Shown here in pieces: positions 27,991 through 45,045 of a DNA stretch of 64,000 nucleotides (its first letter is position 1; every line of letters starts with the position of its first letter). Source of the stretch: the human T2T-CHM13v2.0 reference genome, Homo sapiens; assembly GCF_009914755.1 (NCBI RefSeq), contig NC_060930.1; one strand, 5' to 3'. The position numbers were made by a program, and so were the translations under genes. Under the pieces are notes generated by a model. The model saw only the letters and a program-made list of their open reading frames with translations. It was not told the DNA's origin and ran no database searches.

Positions 27991-28908
27991 CAACAAACAA
28001 ATGGGGGAACAATTACATTTCCTTTTCTTTTTCTTTCTTTCAGTTAAGTAAGATTTAGAATCCAGCAGAATTCTCTGCTCAGAAAAAATACATAAAGAAG
28101 TGTGTATTTATAAAGATGATTTATCGATATATTTTTAATTTCACATTTTGATGACTTCCAACACACCTCATTACTAATATTCAGAACAACCTGCTTAAGT
28201 GAGTGACTCTAATTATTGTTCTACACATGAATATTATGGGAGTTAGATGAAAAATCAGGCAAAATCTTAGAAGTCACAAGGGAAAATAACTCATGCATTA
28301 AATATTTTAATAGGATCTCACCAAGATGTGGGAAAGAACATTTAAAAATACACTTCCCTCTGAATTGATTAGTATTACTTCTGTTCGCTCAGAATCTCAT
28401 TAATGAAAACTCAAAGTGTTGAGTTACATCAGCAACTTTTTGCCAAAGCAAGAGGTTCATAACAACTGAGAAGTTTATTATAGTCACAGTTAGAAGACTT
28501 TATGTCCAAAACACAGTTCAGTCCCTTGTAAATGTCAGATTACAAACCTCAGTTTGCAAATGGGTAACAGTATTTTATTTCTGCCAGCTTTCTTCAAAAA
28601 TGAACTAATAATTAAAGATAAATGATAGAAGCTATAACTGACCAAAGACAGGAAGTTGTGCCCCCAAAACAGTTACTAGCCAGCTCACTGATTTTAACCT
28701 AGAGGCTAACTTAACTTATAAGCATTTAGAGCAAGAGGAACATAAAATTTCTGACATGAACCTAGAGAGAAAAATACACCTAAAAAAATTGAGTGCCCTA
28801 ATACAGAAGCTCATTTTCCAACCTCAGATAACAGATTAGGGTGCTTTCCTTAAATTCCAATAAAAAGGAATCTACTAGGCTCTTCATATAGAAATTGTCT
28901 CTTTCCTG

Positions 28909-28936
<28 letters not shown>
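28909..28936. repeat. (AC)n microsatellite
   Basis: Directly visible. Confidence 0.95.
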
Positions 28937-28939
<3 letters not shown>

Positions 28940-29175
28940 CTCATCATGAAAGAGACAATTTCTATGTATGCGTGAATATAGAAAATACACACACATATAA
29001 ATATTGTAATTAGAACATTTTAAAATAATGCCCTAGAATTCTGAAATTTTGGAGACTAAGTTCTGTAACACTTCCAAAACTAAGCTTATTATAAAATATT
29101 TTATTTATTCATACACTGTGATCATCTAGAATTTTTGGCATAAAAATTCTAGTTGATAAAACTAAGGAGAGAGAT

Positions 29176-29215
29176 ACACACACACACACGCACACACACA
29201 CACACACACACACAC
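29176..29215. repeat. (AC)n microsatellite
   Basis: Directly visible, with one interruption. Confidence 0.95.
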
Positions 29216-32200
29216 CGGATGACATACATATAAAAAACTGAGCTAAAACTTTGGAATTTCATTTCTTTTTTTATAATGTTTTACCTTCTCTTGATTATTT
29301 CTGTTGTAATACTATAAGAAAGGATGTTAAATTGTGTGATCTTTCAAAGTCTTTCTTAAGGACAATTAATTAATGGTGACTTTCTTTGTTTGAGCTGCTC
29401 AACTTAAACATCTGTCCATATGAGTTTTATACATAATGTTGAAAAATATACTCAGAAGAGTATTAAGTATGTATTTTTGCGATTTGTTCTCTGTCAACTA
29501 AAAAGTTGATATAGCTTTATAAAAATTAAACAATACAAACTGGCACAATAAATAATAAACTGAAAACAACTAATTAAAGGAAGCAGAGAAGTAAGTGATA
29601 AAGTGAGTTAACTGGGATCTATTACCTATAACACTGATATAATAATTGTTTCTCAGGAGAAAAAGAAGCATGACAATAGATATAAAGAAAATTTTATTTT
29701 TCTAATCAACAGGAGCGTACATACATTTACATGTGTTTCTCTTCTTTGTGTCATTATCAAAGTTTGAGTCTTAGTATTTTTTACATTAAGAACCTAGAAA
29801 TTTTTTGGAACTACTTTTGGTCAGAACCAGTTTTGCCATAAGGATCAATCACTTCATTTTTTTATTTATCAAGATTATTGCATGGCCTAATAGAACATGT
29901 TTTAATAAAGACATCACAAATTTTTAGGATATTTTGAGAGTAAGATTAGTCCTGTCCCTCCATCCCAGGTTGGGCTGGGCATTTGTGCTAACCTCTGGAA
30001 CTACAGTGAGCCCATAAAGGAGAACTATGCAGATTCAAAGACTTTGGACATGGCTACAGTTTGAACTATTGGTATGTTCAAAACATTCCTCATGGAAGAA
30101 TAGTTTGAAGTTGGGTTACATTGAACTGACAGATACAACAATTTCAAATACTGCTATATATATATTTGCCTATCAAATATGCATGATAAAAATGACAAAA
30201 TATCAAAACCAGGCATGGGAAGCATTCCAACTCCATTAGAATCCTTTTTGAATATTTGATATTCATTTTTTTGTGTGGATAAATAGATCATATTTTGAAT
30301 TTCATGAAAATGCCAACCTTATAAATCATAAATATGAAACCTTGTAAATCATAAATCCAAAACTTTTTTGAGTGTGATATATTTACAGTTAAATATAAGG
30401 ACAAAGAGCAAAAAGATATTTATATTGACTTGAATGATGAGTAAGCATTGTGAATTGTCTCCATGAATTCCATATCTGGCTGAGATGAACAGCCAGCAAA
30501 TTCTTGCCAACACGGTTTTCATTTTCTTTCTTAATGGGGCTTTTTTAGATACATTACAGTGTTTAAGTAAAGTGTCAGAAGAAGTCAATTTGTGGCCAAG
30601 AAAACGTAGAGGAGGGGGAGAAAAGAAATAGTCTCATGATGCTTGTTTCCCACTTCCATACTCATCACACTCCCCATTTCCCCACCTTGATGCTAGTATT
30701 GTTCTTTCTCCATTAAATGATCAATGCTTATTAGCCTTCTGAGAGCCACAGAATGTAAAATTTTGAAAGCCCAACTGCCAGCACAAATGCCCTGACATCG
30801 GTCATTACAATTCCACGCCCTAAAGGCAATCAGAGCTTTTTTAGTCATTAAAAATGCAAACATAGCATTGAAACTACAGCGACATTATTTCAATGCTATG
30901 TGGGTAATTTTCCAAATGGAATATATTCCTTAAATATATGGTTTCATAAAGTTAAATTTGGCTCACTGCTTTATTCACATGATAACATTTTTATTTGAAA
31001 ACAAATTAAAAGTAAACTCTGTGGGCTTAAAAGTCATCTTGAGCTCATGTGCTGGATAGAGTAAAAGTTGCATGCAAAAAAAGGGCATTACTACTTGTTT
31101 CCATCATTCTACTGGGTATATTTAAATTCAGATTCATCCAGTACTTTGTCAGCAAAGTCATAAACCTTTTACAAATGTATTGTCACCAAAAGACAAAAAC
31201 TACAATCTGGAACAAACCAATGATCCTTCAAGACTACCTCTGACTGGATTTACTGTGGGAATTTTCAAAAGTAGGTATGATATGTCCTCCAAAGTGGGAA
31301 AGACTAAAGGAAAAAAAAACAACAAAAAAACAAAGACCTACATGAGAAATTTTCTTCCAGACCTTAGAGAATCAACATAAACTTTAAATCATGAGTACTG
31401 ATTACCGCTTAGCATTGTTTCCTTACTTGGGCAACTTTGGAAGGTGCCTATGATGATTGTATATAGCACAAAATTCTGATATTTAGTTTGGCTATTTAAT
31501 TCACACATTTCTTGATTTTCATATAATGTTTCAATAATTACATTAATCCATGCATTCAACTGTACTTTTTAGTCTGTGGTACTGTAGACAAGAGAACAAG
31601 AGAAGGAAAAAAAGATACCCAGAAGATTGTACAGACTAAACACTGGAAGCTCTGACAAGTGTGTGGAAAACACTTATCAGTCCCACGAGCACAAGCCTAG
31701 TCATAAAGGTTGATGCCTTTTGCTAAGAAGTAAAGAAGTGACTCCGTGCTGGCTCTGACATATCTGTTAGGAAATAAACAATCTTCTCAGAATACAAGTG
31801 TGAGACATAATTGAGCATCTGCCAAGAAATATAAAATTTACCAACAGATAGGGATTTGTGCCAGTTTGTGGGTGAATCTGGAATATGCCAGCAGAGATCT
31901 GGAATATATGTTTAGTAAATTCAATGTCATATAGGACATAAAAAGGCTTTTTCATGTATATCTGCCATCTGAAATGTATGTCTCTAGAAAAAAAAATAAA
32001 AATAGAAATAAAGAACTAACTAAATTTATGGTACCGAAGAGTAGTATTTGTTTTCCAGAATCATAATTGCATGTATACCAAAATGGGAGTTCTGGAAAAA
32101 CGTTGGTGTAGATCATGAGAAAGGCCCAAAAGGCAAGTCACAATGACAAAAGAACTATTTATAAGAAGAGGCTCACTAACACATTGATTGAGAGAAAAAA

Positions 32201-33249
32201 TGCACTGAGGTAAAACCAATTTGAAATGTGTCATAGATTGAAGAATAAAAATTAATATATTCATTAAACATTTCTTGAAACAATACCATGTAGCAGACAC
32301 TCTGTTTAGAGCTTCCTAGAAAAAAAAATCACAAAAGACTATAGAAAGAAGAAATACAGAGCATTGGTCACAAATGTTATAATTTCTATACTCAAATTCA
32401 CAGCAACTAAATAAACAATGTAAGTTGAAATTTAAGTACAGGGTTACAATTAAAATCCCACAGGTACTTATACCCAAGACAGACCAAGATGGCTGATGAA
32501 TTCTGAATAGCAGTGGAAGGCTAACTTGTTCCAAATAATAATAATAAAAAAACATGTTGGAGAAGAGCATATGTCACAAATACATACCTATAAGGAAAAA
32601 CCATAACCCTACTGGGAGAAAATAATAGACAATGTTTGACTGGAAACAAAAAGTGAGAGAGAGAGGAGTGAGAAAGAGACAGAGAGAGAGAGAGAGAGAC
32701 GTGCATATGATACACCCTCCTGGTTGGATGTTTGCATTATCCTAACACCAATTAAAGGCAATATACCTTAATTCTGAGAGACTTTCATTATCTGAAAATC
32801 TACTATGATTTATATCCTGATAGAACCAGAGCGTCTAATACACTCTCTACTTAACTTCCTGGTGATTTTACCTCTCAGCAGGAAATGGAAACAACAGAGG
32901 GAGTGCTATCTGCATTTAATTTTTACCACCCAAGAAAAACCAATTAACAATAAAATGGAAAAATGGAAACTTTCTGTGAATATATTTATTTAATACTTAT
33001 AATGACCATAGGAAGAAATAATTTATTTAATTACAAATCTACCCTCTTTTCTTTAAAAAAAGTTTCTGCTAAAAGATAGATGTCATCCAATGGCCAAAAG
33101 CTCTTAAAAGGAATATGGCTTGGAAAGAAACTAGATGCTTCCAAGAACAAGATCATGATCACACAAAGACAAATGTGATAAATAGTACTAGGAAGGAATA
33201 ACTAAGTAGATAAATGAATCTGGATGCACAGAGTTTTCTATAAGCTCTT

Positions 33250-33900
33250 AATGAAAAGGAATACATATAAAAGATTGGGAGTCCTTTAGTTATTATTAAG
33301 CAGTGCAAGCTGAGGCCTGTGAAAAATAAACAGAATAATAAAAATGACTTTTTAGTATGTTCAGAACAAGATAAAAATAAGAGAGGAATAATCTGCTGTT
33401 AGATGGCTTATAAAATGATACCACATGACACAGAAAATGCAGAAATTCCCAGCTGCTTTCTTGTTGTTGTCTGTCACAGACTGATGTGGGGATAGTGAAC
33501 ATTGTAAGAAAGAATTGAACCCTAAGTGGAGAAAAGAAGAGTGCCTGCCATGGGTACAAGTCTCCTGTTTGGTAAAAATTGCATCCCAGGGTATTTAAAA
33601 AGTTTGTGAATAAGATGGTTGAGATGTTATCAGTAGCATTTGGGGAATTATGAAGATGGAGTCATTGGGAGACTAGAAACAGGCAAATTATGTCCTGATT
33701 TTCAAAATCTATAAAAACAAGCTTTCTGAAGGGAACGAGTTTTTTTGTAGAGTCACAGTAAAATCATAAGACATACTGTTAAACCCTGAATTTTGAGCAC
33801 CTAATGCAGAGAGCAGTCACTAAGGCTCAAAATAGTACGGGTTAGAAAAGAGTTTATGGAAATAACTCAATTAAGCATATGTTATTTTAAAACAGACAGT
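33250..33900 (+). mobile_element. CR1/L3 LINE relic, RT-upstream part
   Basis: From 33558 it translates KSPVW*KLHPRVFKK...D*KQANYVLIFK, matching the CR1 motif KSPGPDxLHPRVLKE...DWRxANVVPIFK. Confidence 0.7.
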
Positions 33901-34099
33901 CAAAGAAGTAGCATGAAGAGCTCTGAAGCAGCAGAGGAAAGCCTAGAGAGAATGTAGACTTCACCAAATTGAGGGACCCACAAATCCTCCACACATACTG
34001 TTGGTGACCATTATGTTTTTTGAGAGATTGATAATGATGACAACAAAGAGAAGGTTATCATGACTATGGCGACCTTGATGATCACAATGATAATGATTG

Positions 34100-34440
34100 T
34101 AGGATCTCTGGAGCGTTAAGTTCCCGAAAACAAGAACCACATTTGGTTTTTCCATTGGTCTGTTCCAGTACCTAGTACCTAGGAGGATATCCACTTGTTT
34201 TAATTGAATTGAATGATAATTAATAATAATAATACTCAACAAATGTCTAAACATCTTATGAGTCTTTACTTCACTTTATTATTACAACAAGCCTATGAGG
34301 CCTAGGTAATATTATTATCTCTATCTTACAGATGAAGAAATGAGCCTTAGGCAGGTCCTTAGCCAAGATTACTCCTAATAAATGAGAAAGTTCTAGTTCA
34401 AATCCAAGCCTATCTGATTAAAGGGCTCTTCATTGCTGTT
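34100..34440. mobile_element. L2 3' end followed by MIR
   Basis: ccagtacctagtac...ttgaattgaatga (L2 tail); atcttacagatgaagaaatgag...gttcaaatccaagc (MIR core). Confidence 0.6.
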
Positions 34441-35094
34441 ATTATATATTGAATTAAAATAAGCGACATTTCCTTCTGGCTGAAATATGATTCTATGTCA
34501 GCTGAGACAGTTTCTTGCTCCATGGAGGTCCTCAAAAAAAACAAAAAAAAGATTGAATCAAGTCCAGGCAGAGCTATCAGAAAATCTAGAAAATTTAGAG
34601 AACAAAATGAATAAACTGAGAAGTTCCAAACAGGGCAGACTCAAAGAGCTGAATCCAGGAATAAAAGATGTGAAAGCAGATAGAAAAGTCTCAGTATAAA
34701 TAAGTGGTCAAAGAGCAGCAAGTCACTTAGAACATGGATGCCACAACAACATGGCACCTAATCGTCATTTGACTCCACTGCTTAATCTGGCATGTAATGA
34801 CTGTCCAACTGAAAAACTAAAATAAAATAAAACAGACTGAATGCATTAAAGGATGTTTTCTTTATTTATAGTTGGTTTTATTTTTTTTTTATTATACTTT
34901 AAGTTTTAGGGTACATGTACACATTGTGCAGGTTAGTTACATATGTATACATGTGCCATGCTGGTGCGCTGCACCCACTAACTCGTCATCTAGCATTAGT
35001 ATATCTCCCAATGCTATCCGTCCCCCCTCCCCCCACCCCACCACAGTCCCCAAAGTGTGATACTCCCCTTCCTGTGTCCATGTGATCTCATTGT

Positions 35095-38908
<3,814 letters not shown>

Positions 38909-38971
38909 TATGATGTTAGCTGCTTATTTTGCTCGTTAGTTGATGCAGTTTCTTCCTAGTCTCGATGGTCT

Positions 38972-39988
38972 TTACGTTTTGGCATGATTTTGCAGTGGCT
39001 GGTACGGGTTGTTCCTTTCCATGTTTAGCGCTTCCTTCAGGAGCTCTTTTAGGGCAGGCCTGGTGGTGACAAAATCTCTTAGCATTTGCTTGTCTGTAAA
39101 GTATTTTATTTCTCCTTCACTTATGAAGCTTAGTTTGGCTGGATATGAAATTCTGGGTTGAAAATTCTTTTCTTTAAGAATGTTGAATATTGGCCCCCAC
39201 TCTCTTCTGGCTTGTAGCGTTTCTGCTGAGAGATCCGCTGTTAGTCTGATGGGCTTCCCTTTGAGGGTAACCCGACCTTTCTCTCTGGCTGCGCTTAACA
39301 TTTTTTCCTTCATTTCAACCTTGATGAATCTGACAATTATGTGTCTTGGAGTTGCTCTTCTCGAGGAGTATCTTTGTGGCGTTCTCTGTATTTCCTGAAT
39401 CTGAACGTTGGCCTGCCTTGCTAGATTGGGGAAGTTCTCCTGGATAATATCCTGCAGAGTGTTTTCTAACTTGGTTCCATTCTCCCCATCACTTTCAGGT
39501 ACACCAGTCAGACACAGATTTGGTCTTTTCACATAGTCCCATATGTCTTGGAGTCTTCTCTCATTTCTTTTTATTCTTTTTTCTCTAAACTTCCCTTCTC
39601 GCTTCATTTCATTCATTTCATCTTCCATTGCTGATACCCTTTCTTCCAGTTGATCGCATCGGCTCCTGAGGCTTCTGCATTCTTCACGTAGTTCTCGAGC
39701 CTTGGTTTTCAGCTCCATCAGCTCCTTTAAGCATTTCTCTGTATTGGTTATTCTAGTTATACATTCTTCTAAATTTTTTTCAAAGTTTTCGACTTATTTG
39801 CCTTTGGTTTGAATGTCCTCCCATAGCTCAGAGTAATTTGATTGTCTGAAGCCTTCTTCTCTCAGCTCGTCAAAGTCATTCTCCATCAAGCTTTGTTCCA
39901 TTGCTGGTGAGGAACTGCGTTCCTTTGGAGGAGGAGAGGCACTCTGCGTTTTAGAGTTTCCAGTTTTTCTGTTCTGTTTTTTCCCCAT
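38972..39988 (-). pseudogene. L1 ORF1p, disrupted by a premature stop
   Basis: MGKKQNRKTGNSK... start; stop at 39794-39796; remainder open to ...QNHAKT. Confidence 0.97.
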
Positions 39989-40879
39989 CTTTGTGGTTTT
40001 ATCTACTTTTGGTCTTTGACGATGGTGATGTACAGATGGGTTTTTGGTGTGGATGTTCTTTCTGTTTGTTAGTTTTCCTTCTAACAGCAGGACCCTCAGC
40101 TGCAGGTCTGTTGGAATACCCTGCCGTGTGAGGTGTCAGTGTGCCCCTGCTGGGGGGTGCCTCCCAGTTAGGCTGCTCGGGGGTCGGGCGTCAGGGACCC
40201 ACTTGAGGAGGCAGTCTGCCCGTTCTCAGATCTCCAGCTGCGTGCTGGGAGAACCACTGCTCTCTTCAAAGCTGTCAGACAGGGACATTTAAGTCTGCAG
40301 AGGTTACTGCTGTCTTTTTGTTTGTCTGTGCCCTGCCCCCAGAGGTGGAGCCTACAGAGGCAGGCAGGCCTCCTTGAGCTGTGGTGGGCTCCGCCCAGTT
40401 GGAGCTTTCTGGCTGCTTTGTTTACCTAATCAAGCCTGGGCAATGGCGGGCGCCCCTCCCCCAGGCTCGCTGCCGCCTTGCAGTTTGATCTCAGACTGCT
40501 GTGCTAGCAATCAGCGAGACTCCGTGGGCGTAGGACCCTCCAAGCCAGGTGCAGGATATAATCTGGTGGTGTGCCGTTTTTTAAGCCCGTCGGAAAAGCG
40601 CAGTATTCGGGTGGGAGTGACCCGATTTTCCAGGTGCGTCCGTCACCCCTTTCTTTGAGTCGGAAAGGGAACTCCCTGACCCCTTGCGCTTCCCAAGTGA
40701 GGCAATGCCTGGCCCTGCTTCGGCTCGTGCACGGTGTGCGCACCCACTGACCGGCACTCCCTAGTGAGATGAACCTGGTACCTCAGATGGAAATGCAGAA
40801 ATCACCTGTCCTCTGCGCCACTCATGCTGGGAGCTGTAGACCGGAGCTGTTCCTATTCGGCCATCTTGGCTCCTCCCCC
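39989..40879 (-). promoter_or_regulatory. L1 5'UTR internal sense promoter and antisense promoter (copy A)
   Basis: CpG-rich 5'UTR; YY1 site CAAGATGGCC intact at ~40859-40868; 14-bp deletion at 40752/40753. Confidence 0.85.
40443..40658 (+). CDS. L1 ORF0 (71 aa, antisense in the 5'UTR), intact reading frame
   Basis: MAGAPPPGSLPPCSLISDCC...RFSRCVRHPFL; ATG in GCAATGG context; splice donor CAG|GTGCGT at 40633/40634. Expression unknown. Confidence 0.75.
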   Translation: MAGAPPPGSLPPCSLISDCCASNQRDSVGVGPSKPGAGYNLVVCRFLSPSEKRSIRVGVTRFSRCVRHPFL

Positions 40880-41019
40880 TAAACTCTAGTTGGTTTTATT
40901 TTAAGAAGCTCTATTTCTTAAGCAGAATAACATTGCATCTCACTATATAATAGAGATCAGGTTTTATGTTACATAGTGAAAAGAGGCTTAGGTCTTAAAT
41001 TATAGAGTTTTTTTTCTCA

Positions 41020-41990
41020 GTTATAGTCAAGATATTTATCTCTGCCTTGTATACAGAAATAGTACAGATGAAAGGAGAGCATAACTAATATGTTGAATGA
41101 CAGAGTAAACATTTAAAATAATAATAATAATATCATACATTTATGGAGTGTTGCCTACATATAAAGCACCACAAAAAAATAACTTTACATAACTCATTAA
41201 TCTTCACAGCAATCCTATGATATAGGATTATGCTTCCTGTTACATAGATGAATAAAGTAAGACTCAACAAGATTAAATTCTTTGTACCTGGTCATAGCTA
41301 TCAAGTAGAGGAGCAAATATTCGAATCCATAAAATATTTTTCTTAATCACCATAATAAACCAGCAATAAGCATGGTTCCTTCCTAAGAAAGCCTGTAAGA
41401 ATGGCCTGAATTATAGTACAGAGTAGGGTGGTATGATTTAACAGATACTGGAAGATAAAGCTTCAGAGATTTCTAGTTGACAGCAAGTCCACTATCAGTC
41501 AACGCTGTGCTAAAACTTTCCAATAAAGACAAGACAAGCTTAAAGTTGCATTAAAGGATCTAAGAATTCCAAATAATGGAGGGGGTAGAGCTTACATTTC
41601 CATACTCGTAGCTTTGTGGTTTCATTTTAGGAAATGAAAATGCACCCAAAAAACGGAGATGGGAGAAAGGTTTTAGAGCCATTGTGCATAAAAAATCAGA
41701 GCTTTGAGCAAACTTAGGGTGTTAGGGTGGCTGTCTTCACATGTTAGAAAAGCAGTCTTTTAGAAGAGGAATAAGTTTACTCTCTATAACTCTAGAAATA
41801 GGAGGGTAAAATAAAGAGGCAGAATTTTACTCTAAGAAATATTTCCAATTATCAGAACTATCCCAAAATATAATAGAAGTGATCACTCTATCAATGTCAG
41901 CATTCAAGGAAATGTTGTCTGGCCACCTGTCAGAGATGCTATAGGGTCAGGGGTGATTAAAGGACCTTCAGTAGTTTTTATCTCCAAGAA
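41020..41990 (+). mobile_element. CR1/L3 relic, RT and 3' part, interrupted by a MIR at ~41130-41360
   Basis: actaatatgttgaatgacagagtaaacattt, ctagttgacagcaagtc, gctgtcttcacatgttag and cattcaagga...ggccacctgtcagagatgctatag resemble the L3 3' region. Confidence 0.6.
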
Positions 41991-44589
41991 GTTTATTTGC
42001 TCATCTAGCAACTTTAAAATTGGTTTGGACAAAGTCTAGCTGTTCCTAGATCTGACTGCAGCATCCTTAAGACATTCTCCTGAATGCGTCCTTTCTGTCA
42101 GTGTAATTTCTACCCCTATGGGATGTATACCTGACCCTAACTCATTGTTTCCAGCCTTTTAAATATGTGCTTTATGCACCCCTTCTCTTGCTGTAGTGGC
42201 TCTAACTTCCAGAGATTCGGATGTAATCTACATAAATATTGGAGCTGAGGGCTCTAAATTAAGCTAAAGCTTCCCAGTTTTCTTTCAAAACAGACGAGCA
42301 TTATGAATACAGCCATAAAGCACAGTCATGAGTTATTCAACCAGAGGCAGCTATTTGATTGATAAATCTATTTGCAGGAATATATTAAATGATTAATGAA
42401 TCTGTCATATCAACTAGGACACTTGCTAATTATTTTCAAGGTTCCAATAAATGTGATGGCAATTAATTGCACCTGCTACAATCCACTTCATGCTTGGAGC
42501 TGACATGGAAGTTTAACTTTCATTTTTCACTGGTGAAAAGCCTTTTGTCTATTCTTGGGCCTTCTCCACACCTGCCAGATATAGGAAAACAACATTTGTG
42601 TGTGGCAGAGTCCTACTTATTACGGGCTACACATTTAAAGCCTTTGCAGTCTTCCCTACAAACGAAAGTAAGAGAAGTTTCGCAGGCCGTCTAAAGAAGA
42701 AAGTGGTGTACTTACAGATCTAATTTTCATCTGAGCATAGTACATTGTAGTTCCCTGAGGCAGGCTTTGATATCACAAAAGCAATTTCTGGCAGATTGGA
42801 AGGGCTATTCCCTTCTGGGTTTCAAGCATCTGACAGGAGATCAGAGTGGAGGTCCTCCTCTCAGGGGAACTGACAGGCTATTTCCAAGAAACGGAGGCTC
42901 TGAAGCAAGAAGCAGGTATGCCTGACTGAGTAATGGGAGACTCCTCATTTAAACTGGGAGAGCCACAGCCCAGTGATGGCAGTAGGCATTTATTCATGTC
43001 AGAGGAGCCTTGCCAGCTGTCCCAGAAACCATGAGAATGATTCAGAGAGTGCTGAGCACCCGGGTCACAGAAATCATTAGGGTTTAACCCTATAAATGCC
43101 ACCCACTCCCTGAAAATGCTGGGAAGAGGTAGATTTCATTCCATTACCCCTTGTGGCAATTCCTCTCTGGAGCCCTCTAGAATACAGACATTTTCTCCAT
43201 TTTCTCTTCTAGCCAGATCACACTGGTTATCCTCCCTAACTTGTAGCTGCTAAGAATGAAAATCAGCTATGGAATCTCCCTTCATGCTCCACATCAAGGT
43301 GTGACAAAGCTTGAGAGATCTTGTGGCTTGCCATCCCAAACATGATGCTTGACCACATATTAGGAGAACGGGGTCACATGGGAGATACAGGTGAAAGGCT
43401 GCTCCAGGACCTCATTGTTCACGCGTCTTCTGACCTGCTATCTTCATGTCCCCTTCTCCTCTCCCCTCCCTGTGGGGCTAGAACTAGACTTAGCCTTGAG
43501 CTCTGCTCCGTGAGCCACTCTCCCCTGAGCCACTCTTCCCTGATCACTCTGTAAGCAGATCTAGGAAGAATCCATGCCCCTTCTGAAGCCAGGCTGGTTT
43601 GACACCATAGAACAGTCTCACCCAAAGCAGCCAGCAATATCACCAGGTGGGAGTCACTGAGGTGGACGAGCTTGGAGAATCAAGGACCACGATGTACATT
43701 GCTAGCAGCTGCAGAAGACCATGGACCATCCCATAAATTCCTGCCCCCTGTCACTGCCTCTGCCCAACTCCACAAAACTGCTACCTGATTTCTTCCTCTT
43801 CTTTTTCTTTAGCCTCCTTCACTCTTCCTCTTCCTCCTCCATATACCCAAACCAAAGGGAAAATATAACATCTAGATTCTGGCTAAAGCGAATGCTCTAG
43901 TGCCATTTTTTGGCTAGAGTTAAGGAAATGTGGTTGATAGAGGAGGCACAGGTGAAATCACTCTACTACATATTTTCACTCCAGAATAAGAACAATGTCT
44001 CAAAGTAAAGCCCCGTGTTTGGGCTGTTCTTTGGTATTTTCCTATCAGCTTGATAAAGCTTATTTTTGTTCTCCCTTTTCACAGCAATAGGCTCTGAACC
44101 CAGAGATTTAAAGTCTATTGGCAACAAGAGTTATTTATTAAAAGATACACAGAGAAGTTACATACAATGGTAAAAGAATTTGGAGACCTGTATAATTAAG
44201 ACCTCATCTTGCTTTGTGACCAGGGTTCAAGGTTCAGAACGTAATTTTTAGATAATAGACATTCCTCTCAGCTCTGTGCATGCCTACTGCACCCACCAAC
44301 TTTGCAAATTACAGGGTAGTTGCCACTTTAGCTTTTGAGTTTCCCAAACAAGTTTTTTATCTGCCCTCTATGGGAACACCCATGGAATCTGAAGAGGCCT
44401 TTATAAATAAACAAAGCAAGAGACATCTGTATCCAAGATGTGGCATGGAGAGCATAAAAACAGCCAGAGTCTGAGAATATCAGTTGAGATCATAGAGTGA
44501 TGAGATGGACCCTTAGGAAACATGCCCTTGCCCCACATCAGCTAAACACAGCAGCACAACAATCAACATGAGTTTCGTGACATCCCTTC

Positions 44590-45045
44590 TCTCCTTAGAA
44601 GCCTACAGTGGCTCCTAATATCACTTAGTTAAAGGCAAATTCAGCACACTATATAATCTGACCCCTTTTATCCCTCTAACCACTTTTTCTTGAACATGCC
44701 AAGAACACTCCAGTCTTAGGGCTTAGCACCTGCCCTTCCCGCTGACTAGAACCCTCTTCTCCTGATTAACCCCCATAGCTTTCTTTCTCACCTCTTGCTT
44801 TATTTTTCTCCATTGTGCTTATGTCATCTAACATACTATATAGTTTACTAATTTTTCTTGTTTATAGTCATCTTCATATTATATAGTTTACTAATTTTTC
44901 TAGCCTATAGTCATCTTCCCTGCTAGGGGATAAGCTCCATGAGGGCAGGAAAATTGTGTCTGTTTTTGTTTTCTGCAGAATTCCCAATACCTACAACAAT
45001 GTCTAGCATAAATACTTGTCGAAAGAGTCAATGAATGAATAAATG
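44590..45045 (+). mobile_element. L2a 3' end
   Basis: taagctccatgagggcagg...aaatacttgtcgaa...aatgaatgaata tail. Confidence 0.8.

Noticed and set aside
42745-43790. GC-richer block, possibly an old ERVL/Gypsy-type LTR
   Set aside because: I could not identify termini, a TSD or a family with confidence.
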